DNA from: Macrostomum lignano
Taxonomy: Eukaryota
Assembly (NCBI GenBank): GCA_002269645.1
Contig: NIVC01000374.1
Span: 310,001-374,000 of the forward strand
Length of the DNA stretch: 64,000 nt
Direction: 5' to 3'
A model generated the notes under the pieces. The model was not told where the DNA came from, searched no databases, and saw only the letters and a program-made list of their open reading frames with translations. A program made the position numbers and the translations under genes. How positions within the stretch are numbered: position 1 is the stretch's first letter; every line of letters starts with the position of its first letter. Below are positions 12,105 through 25,548 of the stretch, piece by piece.

Positions 12105-12265
12105 ACCAACCACCTACTAGAATGAGGGGTTTTGGGGTAGGGAGAATCTAATTCATAGGGATTGATTTTATGTACCTAAACTTCAATAGAGGCATGGGGG
12201 TTTATTGTAGATTAGGTAGATAAATTTGGAGATTGAGGGCGTCCAGGGGGAGGGGATTGTAATGT
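12105..12265 (-). repeat. Third, inverted copy of the same dispersed repeat
   Basis: Reverse complement reads CCCCTGGACGCCCTCAATCTCCAAATTTATCTACCTAATCTACAATAAACCCCCATGCCTCTATTGAAGTTTAGGTACATAAAATCAATCC, nearly identical to 9262-9355. Confidence 0.8.
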
Positions 12266-13717
12266 AAAAGCTGTGGCCAACTCGTCAGCTTATCTCCTAA
12301 TTTGTGAACGGTTACATGGACTTCTTAATTTCCTAAAATCCGACACTAAATTTTATTACGTAAATTAATCTTTTTTCATGTTTCACAGCGTTAGTGTAAA
12401 TCCAGATTTTTTCTTAAAGGTCGCCAAAATAAGCGCCTGCGGCACTAAATGAGTATTAGATCTTGCGGTAATCAAATCACTACAACATGTAACAAAACCC
12501 TTTTTTAAGTAAATATTAGATTTTTTCTTTTAGATAGCTTTTGTCTACATGTGCATGTATTGAACGGCGGATTACCAATGCATATGGGACACAGAGCACC
12601 GTACTAAAAGCGGTGCTCATCCTACATGTAAAGCATAAAATCAGCATGCCTCCTAGCTTAAATGAAGAAAAAAATTACTGGTCAGCAAACGCTGCTACAG
12701 TGTGTACATGTATATTGTGGAAATTACATGTAGTAATGTACATCTACTCGATCATTACATTTAAAGTATGTTACTGTTTTATGTCAGCCAATTAAATGCA
12801 ATTTAAAATTTGCATTTGCAAATTGACATGCGCGTGTACATGTACATAATTCTAGCTGTATGATTCGATCATGCCCGGGCCACCATTCAGCCGAAACTTA
12901 TTTCTGCTAGGATCGAATTCTTACATACGTGTTATGACTGCACATGTCTCAATAGGATAACATATCCAACCAACGAGCCCATATAGATGGTGGCTAGCTG
13001 AGAATTTGTTGTTCATATGGGCTTTGATTAGGTTGAGATGTGTAGTCCGTAAGTCTGTTTCAGTGCAGGCGATCAGCTACATGCTGCAACTTCTTGCTGA
13101 AAAATAATATTTTCCCTCAAAAAGATCAGTGCAAGCAGTACAGTGTAGATCGCGAAAATATAAATCAGAAATACAGAATTTAAGAAAAAAATTCTCCTAA
13201 AATTAATCTGCTACCAGATGTCCAGATCCCAAAAGGGGATTTTCGCTACAAAACGCAGTTTTTGATGATTCAACGCTCATCAAGGACCATAGGAGAAGCC
13301 GCAGCGAGCAGATGCGGCTCCCATAACTCAAAACTCCCCAAGCAATTCCGAAGAGAGTATAAACTATAAAATTAGCCTAAAGAGAGTTGGAGAAGAGCAT
13401 ATTTGAGAATGCGATTAAATGATCAGCATTGAATAGATCGACTAGACTGGCAGGATTCTGCTGCAACCCTACCGCGTAACTTCATTCATTCTGGCAGGGC
13501 TCGTTGACTCACCACTTCAATAAATTAGCTAGCATGTGCACATCATGTTACTCTGGTTCCTCTGTATTCATCATTTTTGTCATGCGAGATACGTTTTCCG
13601 CGCCGCACGGGACATTGTCCCAACTAAAGCTTTCATTGCTTATATATTTTGGCTTTGATAGGATTGGCCAGCATACTCGTATTTATAGCTGCATATAAAC
13701 AGGACTCAACCAAAAAG

Positions 13718-14961
13718 CTATAAGACCCGCGGGAATGAGGATGCTGCATTGATTACGCGAGCCATGAGGTTGCTCAAATCTTCGTTGCTATACTGCATGC
13801 TAGCTTGTTGGCGATCGAGTGGGGCAGCTTTAGAGCGCGGTTGCGTCAGAGAGTCTTGCTGGCTCTCTCGGATTCTCGACTTGCCGTGCGTGCAGCGGCG
13901 CTCTTCAGAGATCAGCGCTGCTGATCGAAGATTGGAGACGATGATTTCTAGCTGTAGCAAATGAGATTTCGTTTCGCGTAGATATTTTGTGTGAGCTGTT
14001 TAGTTCAGGAGCGCCGAGGACGGGGCTTTCTATTGTGGCGGCGCGGCTTTCCGGGAGGGCGCCAGCACAAAGGGGCGCCAGCACCAAGGGGCGCCAGCAC
14101 CAAGGGGCCCCAGCACCAAGGGGCGCCAGCACCAAGGGGCGCCAGCACCAAGGGGCCCCAGCACCAAGGGGCGCCAGCACCAAGGGGCGCCAGCACCAAG
14201 GGGCGCCAGCACCAAGGGGCCCCAGCACCAAGGGGCGCCAGCACCAAGGGGCGCCAGCACCAAGGGGCGCCAGCACCAAGGGGCGCCAGCACCAAGGGGC
14301 ACCAGCATCATTTTATAGCGGGGACTTCAGTGCCGCTTCAGATTCAGTTTAGAGCGACTTCAGTGCCGCTTCAGATTCAGTTTAGAGCGACTTCAGTGCC
14401 GCTTCAGATTCAGTTTAGAGCGACTTCAGTGCCGCTTCAGATTCAGTTTAGAGCGACTTCAGTGCCGCTTCAGATTCAGTTTAGAGCGACTTCAGTGCCC
14501 TTCAGTATCACATTCAGTTTTCATTGCAACTTTCAATGTGACCCCTTATGTACAATTTACTTTTACAAATCTGGTTTGAATCAAAATTAATTGTGTTGTT
14601 TTCCCAATAAATTCAAATTAATTAAATCCGACAGCTCAGTGAAGGCTCACTCGGGTATTCAATTCACATCAAATCACTCGCTTGTTCTCTGGCTTGATGC
14701 TGCACTACAGAACCCATTCCCCTCAGGCTAGCCAAAATCCTTTTTTAAGGACGCGATTTCATTGGCTCAGAGCTGGCCAGCCAATAGGAGTTGAGCCGTT
14801 CAAGAAGCCCCAATGCCAACCCTTCTCTCATCCAGCCTCGTTTGCTTGTTTCATCGCGTTTTAACTGAAGGGCAGTTCCTTACGATAGTTTTATCAAACG
14901 ACTGGTCTGAACAGATATCCTGGGTCGACAGCGGCTTCTCTATGTACATCAGGTGCGCCAT
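13718..14961 (-). CDS. Candidate two-exon ORF (14961-14884 + 13951-13718), 103 aa, unknown
   Basis: Donor GTAAGG and acceptor TTGCTACAG join in phase 0; the putative intron holds two arrays. No family recognised. Confidence 0.2.
14057..14308. repeat. 16-bp minisatellite GGGGCGCCAGCACCAA
   Basis: About 15 units. Confidence 0.95.
14323..14499. repeat. 33-bp minisatellite GCGACTTCAGTGCCGCTTCAGATTCAGTTTAGA
   Basis: About 5 near-perfect units abutting the 16-bp array. Confidence 0.95.
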
Positions 14962-15201
14962 TGTCTAGCATTCTCTGTCCAGCACAACCAGTTTCAATAA
15001 TCCTGAGTCCTGAGCCTATTCCTCTCTGAGTGAAGTTCCACTTGGTATTTAAAAGCCTGACTTGTCGCCAGGTCTATCTAATACACAGCGCATTCTGTCA
15101 GGGGAACATTTGCTGCTTGTCTTCAGCACGGTATACAGCCGAGTCTGACTTGAACCGTAAGTTGAATTAAAGTTACCTTTGCTTGTCAACTTTTGTCTCA
15201 G

Positions 15202-15720
<519 letters not shown>

Positions 15721-16429
15721 CTTGCAACTTACATACTTTCTTCAGTCAAATAAGCTGTAAAACTCTTTTTTAATTGTTCTAAGCTGATCCGGTTTTAAAT
15801 TTTGAGGTAAAATATTAGCAATTATCTAGCTAAGGTGTTTGTTCCGGGCAAACAGGTGCACAGCATAAAAGATGAACTGCTTGCTTAGGTGGAAAATATA
15901 TCGTTTTTTAAGAAGGAAGTTTAGAAAATGCAAGAAAAACTTTCGCTAACATTATATGCAGTTTATCTGGAGGAATAGAATGGATTGCTAATCTATCTGA
16001 CATCTTAATGAATATTTCTAGAAGTGTATTAAAACAAAAGCATATCATTTGGCAAGCCAAACTTACGCCTTTGACCCTGGTGTAGAAAGATAGTGACGCA
16101 AAAGTTTTACGACGCTCAGTCTGTAGCTTAAATTTTATTACATCAACGCGCGCAGTTCTAGACAGTTTTTGCTCCCACAATAGGACACTTGACAACAACG
16201 CGAAACCAAAGGTTCAGGTCGGAGAATAGCCGGTGTGCCTTCAATGAAATTATACTGGATGCTTGTTTTATAATAACAGGTGACTCACCAACTTTATGCG
16301 ATGCCTATACTGTATGCTGAATGCAAGGACTCATGTAATTACTCATGCTAAGATATACAAATTACTCATATAAAGCTTAGCAACTTATCATTGCTTCTAT
16401 AGTAAAATATTAAAATTAATTAAGAGCTG

Positions 16430-16965
16430 GTTGTGAACATTCTGATGTAATAATTAAAATTCTGGGGGTGATTGTGATACTCTAGAGAGATTGTGAACAT
16501 TCTGAAGTGACTGTGAATATTCTTGAATGATTATGAACATTATGAAGTGACTGTGAACATTCTGTAGAAATTTTGTGCACTCTGAAGTGACTGTGAACAT
16601 TCTGAAGTGATTGTGAACATTCTGGAGTGATTGTGAACATTTTGAAGTGATTGTGAACATTCTGGAGTGATTGTGAACATTCTGGAGTGATTGTGAACAT
16701 TTTGAAGTGATTGTGAACATTCTGGAGTGATTGTGAACATTTTGAAGTGATTGTGAACATTCTGGAGTGATTGTGAACATTCTGGAGTGATTGTGAACAT
16801 TTTGAAGTGATTGTGAACATTCTGGAGTGATTGTGAACATTTTGAAGTGATTGTGAACATTCTGGAGTGATTGTGAACATTTTGAAGTGATTGTGAACAT
16901 TCTGGAGTGATTGTGAACATTCTAAAGTGATTGTGAACATTCTGGAGTGATTGTGAACATTTTGA
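16430..16965. repeat. 20-bp minisatellite GTGATTGTGAACATTCTGGA
   Basis: About 25 units, more degenerate at the left end. Confidence 0.95.
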
Positions 16966-17383
16966 CAGACGTTATTTAATGTTGGTGAAACATTCCGACG
17001 TTGATGAATGTTCATTTCATGATGAATGTTCAATTTAAGCTTGCCAGTTGCCATGCATGCGAAGTATTTTAAGCAGGTAGCTAAAAAATTCCAAGGAGAA
17101 CAGCGGCCATGTGCGGTGCGCTTAAGCAGTGTTAGACCAGGAAGTATCGCTCACAGTGGATCACAGATCATCTGTCAAAACAGAGCAGCCCAGATGTGTC
17201 AATCAGCTGGGCTCTTCATTAATCAAGAAGCACAGAAGCATTAGAGAGCCACATTGAGACAATCGTTAAAAAGATGCAGCGCTTGATTTTTAAGTTTCGT
17301 CTCCCGTATTGACATTTGCCGTTGCTAAACTTTTAGGCCAGGTTTTACAAGACCCCTAAATTTCACAGTTCTGATGGAGTCGT

Positions 17384-17785
17384 AGGTCCGATGAAGTTTA
17401 GGTCCGATGAAGTTTAGGTCTGATGAAGTTTAGGTCTGATGAAGTTTAGGTCCGATGAAGTTTAGGTCCGATGAAGTTTAGGTCTGATGAAGTTTAGGTC
17501 CGATGAAGTTTAGGTCTGATGAAGTTTAGGTCCGATGAAGTTTAGGTCTGATGAAGTTTAGGTCTGATGAAGTTTAGGTCTGATGAAGTTTAGGTCCGAT
17601 GAAGTTTAGGTCTGATGAAGTTTAGGTCTGATCAAGTTTAGGTCTGATGAAGTTTAGATCTGATGAAGTTTAGGTCTGATGAAGTTTATGTCTGATGAAG
17701 TTTAGGTCCGATGAAGTTTAGGTCTGATGAAGTTTAGGTCCGATGAAGTTTAGGTCTGATGAAGTTTAGGTCCGATGAAGTTTAC
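17384..17785. repeat. 16-bp minisatellite GGTC(T/C)GATGAAGTTTA
   Basis: About 25 units. Confidence 0.95.
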
Positions 17786-18279
17786 GTCTTAATGAAAGTG
17801 GGTGTTTAATGCTTTCAGTCCATAAGAAATTTAGGTCCTGTGAAATCGACCTACTTTTAGACCGCCAATTCACATACGGACAGAGCGGAACTTTGTATCA
17901 AATCTTGTGGCGGCGACGACAAGGGGATTTTTTGGGGACACTTTTCCCCTAGATTTTTCGCGATTTTTCCTTTAGATTTTACTCGCATACTTTCTCTCTC
18001 TACAATTGTAACCATCCAGTCAGTTCTCGGGCTATACATCCATTTTTCACCTTGTTATGCCAGATGGAGGACAGGGAGGCTGCAGATGACGTGCCTTTGC
18101 ATCAGCTTATCAGATAGCTACATCAGGTTGGGGGGGGGCAGCGCTGGGGTGAGAGTCAGACAAATAATTGAGAGCTTTTAATAAAATGGTTTCACACCAA
18201 GCGTAGCAGAAGCCATTTAAGCTCTAGAGATGGAGATTAAGTTGGGGGTGGGAGTTAGGGATTTAAAAATGGAGCCGAT

Positions 18280-18620
18280 AGGTGAGACTCAGAGAATACT
18301 TGGCGAGATTCAGCGAAGCATATTTGAGTTTCTGAGAATAGTGAGTGAGACTTTGAGAATTCTGGATGAGATTCTGAGAATACTGGGTAAGATTCTGAGA
18401 ATACTGAGTGAGATTCTAAGAATACTGGTTGAGATTCTGAGAATACTTAGTGAGATTCTGAGAACACTGGGTAAGATCCTGAGAATAGTGGGTGAGATTT
18501 TGAGAATACTGAGTGAGATTCTGAGAATAGTGGGTGAGATTCTGAGAATAGTGGGTGAGATTCTGAGAGTACTAGGTGAGACTCTGTGAGATTCCGAGCA
18601 TTAACCTAGAATGAGATTCA
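18280..18620. repeat. 21-bp minisatellite GAGATTCTGAGAATACTGGGT
   Basis: About 15 diverged units. Confidence 0.88.
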
Positions 18621-18934
18621 GAGCATATTCTCAAGCCTTTGACGCTACAAACAACTCATTTTTAGTATATTGGATTAGCAACCTTACTCAGCCGGCAGCC
18701 AAATGCATCGCAAAGCGGGTGTTCGCACGCCAAAATTCATCGGTGAGTCGATCTTGTTTCTATCAAAATGGTTGCATCTGACTTTCTCCTTTTTTAAGCC
18801 CTTTCTCCTCTCCACCCTCTGCCTTCATCTCCTTCTCCGCCTGACTTCTCTTCGTCTACCTTCCTTTCTCTTTGCTCTCCATCTCTCTCACCCCTCACTT
18901 TCCCTCTCCCGTCACCTCTCGCTCCCTATAGTCA

Positions 18935-19578
18935 CTATCTTATCATTCCCTACTCACTTCCTACTCAATCTTTACTCATTCCCTACTCACTCCCGACTCA
19001 CTCCCGACTCACTGCCTGCTCATTCCCTACTCACTGCCTACTCACTCCCTACTCACTCCCTACTACTCACTCCCTACTACTCACTCCCTACTCACTCCCG
19101 ACTCACTTCCTACTCACTCCCAACTCACTCCCTACTCATTGACTGCTCATTCCCTACTCACTCCCGACTCACTCCCGACTGACTTCCGACTCACTCCTGA
19201 CTCACTCCGTACTCACTGCCTACTCACTCCGTACTCACTCCCGACTCACTCCGTACTCACTCCCGACTCACTCCCTACTCACTCCCAACTCACTCTACTC
19301 ACTCCCAACTCACTCCGTACTCACTCCCGACTCACTCCGTACTCACTCCCGACTCACTCCGTACTCACTCCCGACTCACTCCGTACTCACTCCCGACTCA
19401 CTCCGTACTCATTGACTGCTCATTCCCTACTCACTCCCGACTCACTCCCTACTCACTCCCGACTCACTCCGTACTCACTCCCGACTCACTCCCGACTCAC
19501 TCCGTACTCACTCCCGACTCACTCCGTACTCACTCCCAACTCACTCCGTACTTACTCCCGACTCACTCCCTACTCACA
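18935..19578. repeat. About 11-bp minisatellite CTCACTCC(CG/GT)A grading from a CT-rich tract
   Basis: Directly visible. Confidence 0.9.
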
Positions 19579-20127
19579 TGCCATTCACATATCCATGCCA
19601 AAATATAACTAACACGCATGCCCAAATAATTGTACTTAATAAGACGGGCAAAAACATTGACAAATTATGCCAACAACTGTCGCCATATCGAGATGTTCCC
19701 AAAGACCAGTCTGTCAGTAGAAGGCCTATTATAAATTCATTTCAATAATTTTTTGCATAGCAAAACCGACGCACGATACACTTGTTCTAAATTATTCGCA
19801 GGATATGCTTCACGTCAAATTCTATAGCTGATATTTTTGTGCAATTTTTTGTTTTCATTTCGCACACGCTACGGCTTGGGTAGGCTTCATACGGCCGAAA
19901 CTTCACAATGTCGAAGCACTAAACTGCCCAAGACCGAAAATTCATATTTATGAAATTTATGAAAGATGGGTTTAGAAAAGTTTTGACAGAAAATAAGATA
20001 AATTAAAATTATTAATGATATAGTCCTAACTACAAGCTAAGTTTTTCGTAAGTTTTTACTGTTATCATTGATTTACTATTTTATTTCTATTGTTATTTTG
20101 AAAGATTTAGTGATCTCTCGGTCACCA

Positions 20128-20665
20128 TTGGGATGAGATGAGTTCGATAGGGATGAGATGAGACACCATTGGGATGAGATGAGACACGATCGGGATGAGA
20201 TGGGATTCGATCGGGTTGAGATGAGACACGATCAGGATGGGATGGGACACGATCTGGATGAGATAAGACTCGGTAGGATAAGATGAGACACGATCTGGAT
20301 GAGATAAGACTCGGTGAGATGAGATGAGACACCGATCTGGATGAGATAAGACTCAGTGGGATGAGATGAGACACGATCTGGATGAGATAAGACTCGGTGG
20401 GATGAGATGAGACACCGATCTGGATGAGATAAGACTCGGTGAGATGAGATGAGACACCGATCTGGATGAGATAAGACTCGGTGAGATGAGATGAGACACC
20501 GATCTGGATGAGATAAGACTCGGTGAGATGAGATGAGACACGATCTGGATAAGATAAGACTCGGTGAGATGAGATGAGACACGATCTGGATAAGATAAGA
20601 CTCGGTGGGATGAGATGAGACACGATCTGGATGAGATAAGACTCGGTGGGATGAGATGAGACACG
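20128..20665. repeat. About 41-bp minisatellite built on GAGAT subunits (GATGAGATGAGACACGATCTGGATGAGATAAGACTCGGTG)
   Basis: About 10 long units plus shorter precursor-like units at the left. Confidence 0.9.
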
Positions 20666-21344
20666 GGTAGATAGCAGTCAAGCTTATATCAATCAAAGCC
20701 AGTCACTGCCCAGCAACTGTAAATCGCTAGGCAAACGCGGCACAGCGCAAAAAACACAAAAGTTATTATCAGCTATAGATCGGTGTCAAATGCACTGCGG
20801 TGGCAGCCCATCCGGGATGGACAAGAAGTCGTGCTGCGTTGGCAGGCATATGGGGGTCCGCAGCCCTAAGCGCTTGGCGAGATTGCGTGAGAGAAGAGGA
20901 GGCGGGTCGGGAACCCTCCTGCTGCAAGACGCATGATGAACGACCATCCGTGACCACAACAGCCAAAGCGATCAGCTGTAGCAGCTAAGGCTATCCCTCA
21001 CATTGATTTCACTGTAAGCTTTGTAGCGATCCGCCTTCCCCCCCCCTCCCCCACACACACGCGTTTTGCCGCTCCTGTCACCCCTGGCCCAATAGTAATG
21101 CATCTGTGCAAAAGAAATCTTGTGTATCTGTATGCAAGCTATAAGTTGGAATTCCTTCTGTAGAACAGAAAAAAATGACTTTTAGTTGAATACTGATGTC
21201 TCTCTATACAATGTAGGTAGGTAGGGTTAGGGAAGCAAAATTGACAGATTACCATATAGATATAGACTTAAGGGTTTGTGTCTGTAGGTCTGTAGCTACG
21301 CAGAGTTTAAAACCATGACAAAATTGTTATGCAGTACAGATAAG

Positions 21345-22885
21345 AGTAGATTCTGAAAGATTCTGAAAGATTCTGAAAGATTCTGAAAGGTTCTGAAAGA
21401 TTCTGAAAAATTCTGAAATATTCTGAAAAATTCTGAAACATTCTGAAAGATTCTGAAAGATTCTGAATGATTCTGAAAGATTCTGAAAGATTCTGAAAGA
21501 TTCTGAAACATTCTGAAAGATTCTGAAAGATTCTGAATGATTCTGAAAGATTCTGAAAGATTCTGTAAGGCTACGAAAGATTCTGACAGATTCTGAAAGA
21601 TTCTGAAAGATTCTGAAAGATTCTGACTGATTCTGAAAGATTCTGAAAGATTCTGAAAGATTCTGAAAGATTCTGAAAGATTCTGAAAGATTCTGAAAGA
21701 TTCTGAAAGATTCTGAAAGATTCTGAAAGATTCTGAAAGATTCTGAAAGATTCTGAAAGATTCTGAAAGATTCTGAAAGATTCTGAAAGATTCTGAAAGA
21801 TTCTGAAAGATTCTGAAAGATTCTGAAAGATTCTGAAAGATTCTGAAAGATTCTGAAAGATTCTGAAAGATTCTGAAAGATTCTGAAAGATTCTGAATGA
21901 TTCTGAAAGATTCTGAAAGATTCTGTAAGGCTACGAAAGATTCTGACAGATTCTGAAAAATTCTGAAAGATTCTGAAAGATTCTGAAAGATTCTGAAAGA
22001 TTCTGAAAGATTCTGAAACATTCTGAAAGATTCTGAAAGATTCTGAAAGATTCTGAAAGATTCTGAAAGATTCTGAAAGATTCTGTAAGGCTACGAAATA
22101 TTCTGACAGATTCTGAAAAATTCTGAAAGATTCTGAAAGATTCTGAAAGATTCTGAAAGATTCTGAAAGATTCTGAAAGATTCTGAAAGATTATGAAAGA
22201 TTCTGAAAGATTCTGAAAAATTCTGAAAGATTCTGAAAGATTCTGAAAGATTCTGAAAGATTCTGAAAGATTCTGAAAGATTCTGAAAGATTCTGAAAGA
22301 TTCTGAAAGGTTCTGAAAGATTCTGAAAGATTCTGAAAGATTCTGAAAGATTCTGAAAGATTCCGAAAGATTCTGAAAGATTCTGAAAGATTCTGAAAGA
22401 TTCTGAATGATTCTGAAAGATTCTGAAACATTCTGAAAGATTCTGAAAGATTCTGAAAGATTCTGAAAGATTCTGAAAGATTCTGAAAGATTCTGTAAGG
22501 CTACGAAAGATTCTGACAGATTCTGAAAAATTCTGAAAGATTCTGAAAGATTCTGAAAGATTCTGAAAGATTCTGAAAGATTCTGAAAGATTCTGAAACA
22601 TTCTGAAAGATTCTGAAAGATTCTGAAAGATTCTGAAAGATTCTGAAAGATTCTGAAAGATTATGAAAGATTCTGAAAGATTCTGAAAAATTCTGAAAGA
22701 TTCTGAAAGATTCTGAAAGATTCTGAAAGATTCTGAAAGATTCTGAAAGATTCTGAAAGATTCTGAAAGGTTCTGAAAGATTCTGAAAGATTCTGAAAGA
22801 TTCTGAAAGATTCTGAAAGATTCCGAAAGATTCTGAAAGATTCTGAAAGATTCTGAAAGATTCTGAATGATTCTGAAATGTTCTG
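21345..22885. repeat. 10-bp minisatellite GATTCTGAAA
   Basis: About 150 units with block duplications. Confidence 0.97.
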
Positions 22886-23221
22886 CAACATTTGTAAACA
22901 ATGAACCGAAAAAGCATTTGAAGTGGAATTGCTGAGGTCATCGCAGCAGCAGCAGCAGTTGCGGTCAGTTAAAAAATATCTGCCGGGACGTCAGTCAGTG
23001 ACCCAATAATCTAGATAAAGTCACCCGAACCCAAAGTGTCAAAGTGCCAATCTGAACGCGCCTATAGTCATACACAGCGCAGTGACCATTGCATCTGCAT
23101 AGTAAGTATTCGATTCTCTCTCTGGCCCCATTAATGAAACTTACTAATCCCTGTTGTATAAGCCTTTTTCCTGCACCTCCATTCTCTATTCTATAGCTAC
23201 CCTAAGATTCCCTATCCACCT

Positions 23222-23438
23222 TTATCCATGGCTACAGCAGAAGAAGTTCCACTTCATCCAGGTCGTCAGCTTATTCACCACGATCCCGCCCTCGCCAGTG
23301 AGTGGATTGCGCCAGCTGCCAACTGCCTCTTTTTTGTCCGAACTGCCCTCGGTGCCATCCGAGCGCACCCTGCGCGTACGGTTCCTCAGTTTCTTACCCA
23401 GGGAACCGCAGATATATGCATCATCTATTTTCCAACGG
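23222..23438 (-). CDS. Candidate terminal coding exon of an unidentified gene
   Basis: Pyrimidine-rich acceptor CTCCACCTCCTTCACAG, then a 71-codon open frame RWKIDDAYICGSLGKKLRNRTRR...KLTTWMKWNFFCCSHG*; GC-rich island between two arrays. Upstream exons not found. Confidence 0.35.
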
Positions 23439-23544
23439 CTGTGAAGGAGGTGGAGAATTAAGGATAATACCCTAAATTAACTTCTTGGAAAATCGCGATT
23501 GTATTTCGCTGTCTTTTATCTGTTCTGACTGACTGCGTTGCTCC

Positions 23545-24925
23545 TCTCTGCGCCTCTATCTCTGTGTCTCTATCTCTGTGTCTCTATCCCTGTGTCTCTA
23601 TCCCTGTGCCTCTATCCCTGTGCCTCTATCCCTGTGCCTCTATCCCTGTGTCTCTATCCCTGTGCCTCTATCCCTGTGCCTCTATCCCTGTGTCTCTATC
23701 CCTGTGCCTCTATCCCTGTGCCTCTATCCCTGTGCCTCTATCCCTGTGTCTCTATCCCTGTGCCTCTATCCCTGTGCCTCTATCCCTGTGTCTCTATCTC
23801 TGTGCCTCTATCCCTGTGCCTCTATCCCTGTGTCTCTATCCCTGTGCCTCTATCCCTGTGCCTCTATCCCTGTGCCTCTATCCCTGTGTCTCTATCTCTG
23901 TGCCTCTATCCCTGTGCCTCTATCCCTGTGTCTCTATCCCTGTGCCTCTATCCCTGTGCCTCTATCCCTGTGTCTCTATCTCTGTGTCTCTATCCCTGTG
24001 TCTCTATCCCTGTGTCTCTATCTCTGTGCCTCTATCTCTGTGCCTCTATCCCTGTGCCTCTATTTCTGTGTCTCTATCTCTGTGTCTCTATCCCTGTGCC
24101 TCTATCTCTGTGTCTCTATCTCTGTGTCTCTATCCCTGTGTCTCTATCTCTGTGTCTCTATCCCTGTGCCTCTATCCCTGTGTCTCTATCCCTGTGTCTC
24201 TATCCCTGTGTCTCTATCCCTGTGCCTCTATCCCTGTGCCTCTATCTCTGTGCCTCTATCCCTGTGCCTCTATCCCTGTGCCTCTATCCCTGTGTCTGTA
24301 TCCCTGTGTCTCTATCTCTGTGCCTCTATCCCTGTGCCTCTATCCCTGTGCCTCTATCCCTGTGCCTCTATCCCTGTGCCTCTATCCCTGTGTCTCTATC
24401 CCTGTGCCTCTATCCCTGTGCCTCTATCCCTGTGTCTCTATCTCTGTGCCTCTATCCCTGTGCCTCTATCCCTGTGCCTCCATCCCTGTGTCTCTATCTC
24501 TGTGCCTCTGTCCCTGTGCCTCTATCTCTGTGCCTCTATCCCTGTGCCTCTATCCCTGTGTCTCTATCTCTGTGCCTCTATCCCTGTGCCTCTATCCCTG
24601 TGCCTCTATCCCTGTGTCTCTATCTCTGTGCCTCTATCCCTGTGCCTCTATTCCTGTGTCTCTATCTCTGTGTCTCTATCCCTGTGTCTCTATCTCTGTG
24701 CCTCTATCTCTGTGCCTCTATCCCTGTGCCTCTATCCCTGTGCCTCTATCCCTGTGCCTCTATCCCTGTGTCTCTATCTCTGTGCCTCTATCCCTGTGCC
24801 TCTATTCCTGTGTCTCTATCTCTGTTTCTCTATCCCTGTGCCTCTATCCCTGTGCCTCTATCCCTGTGCCTCTATCTCTGTGCCTCTATCCCTGTGCCTC
24901 TATCTCTGTGCCTCTACCCCTGTGT
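23545..24925. repeat. 14-bp minisatellite CTCTATCCCTGTG(C/T)
   Basis: About 98 units. Confidence 0.97.
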
Positions 24926-25548
24926 CTCTCCCTTTGCCTCCGTCCCAATATCCAAAAAGAATACAAACTACGCGTAAAGCAGCCGCTTATAAATTAACAA
25001 AACGTTTCCATTCCAAACAATCTGAAACTTCAAACCAAAAACCAAAGTTTCACTTGATAGTGCTGTGCAGTAAGATCGGGGGGGGGGGTGCTATCCATAT
25101 CCCTAGACTGCACTATTAGCCTTAGAAAATTGTTTTTTAAGAGGATAAAAAATTCTAAGGAGAAAGGCCAAGCGACGGTGGAGAGATATAGCGGGGAAAG
25201 GGGTTCGGTAAGATCATAAAGGAGAATTATTCGAACAGGCCAAAGTATAAGGAAAGAAGACAAGCGGAAGATGCTAGCAGACACTGCAGCGGGAGGGGCA
25301 ACAGCAGCAGAGGTAGCGAGGGTTTTGATACAAAGTGCAAATCGGTTCTAAGGCCGATGGACTTGCATGCTACACATGAAAAAATGGAATGCAAATTTGT
25401 GTGGCTTCTCCTAGCGTTTTATAGGCTCTACAATAATATAGATTGATAATCAGGTTTGAGGAAGTTGGTAGTTGCCACTGTAAGCAAAGAGGCGGTTCTG
25501 TAAGTCAAATGCAAATGACTGGCTTTAGGTAGACTTTATGTACTGCCT

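Noticed and set aside
12480-12850. Cluster of TACATGTA-like palindromes
   Set aside because: Common low-information motif in AT-rich invertebrate DNA; no spacing pattern.
17384-17785. Repeated CTGATGA as a hammerhead array
   Set aside because: No stem II or GAAA partner within or between units.
23538-25119. 477-513 aa Cys/Leu/Pro-rich ORFs in three frames
   Set aside because: A stop-free 14-bp repeat read in all frames; the same applies to the other periodic ORFs in the track.
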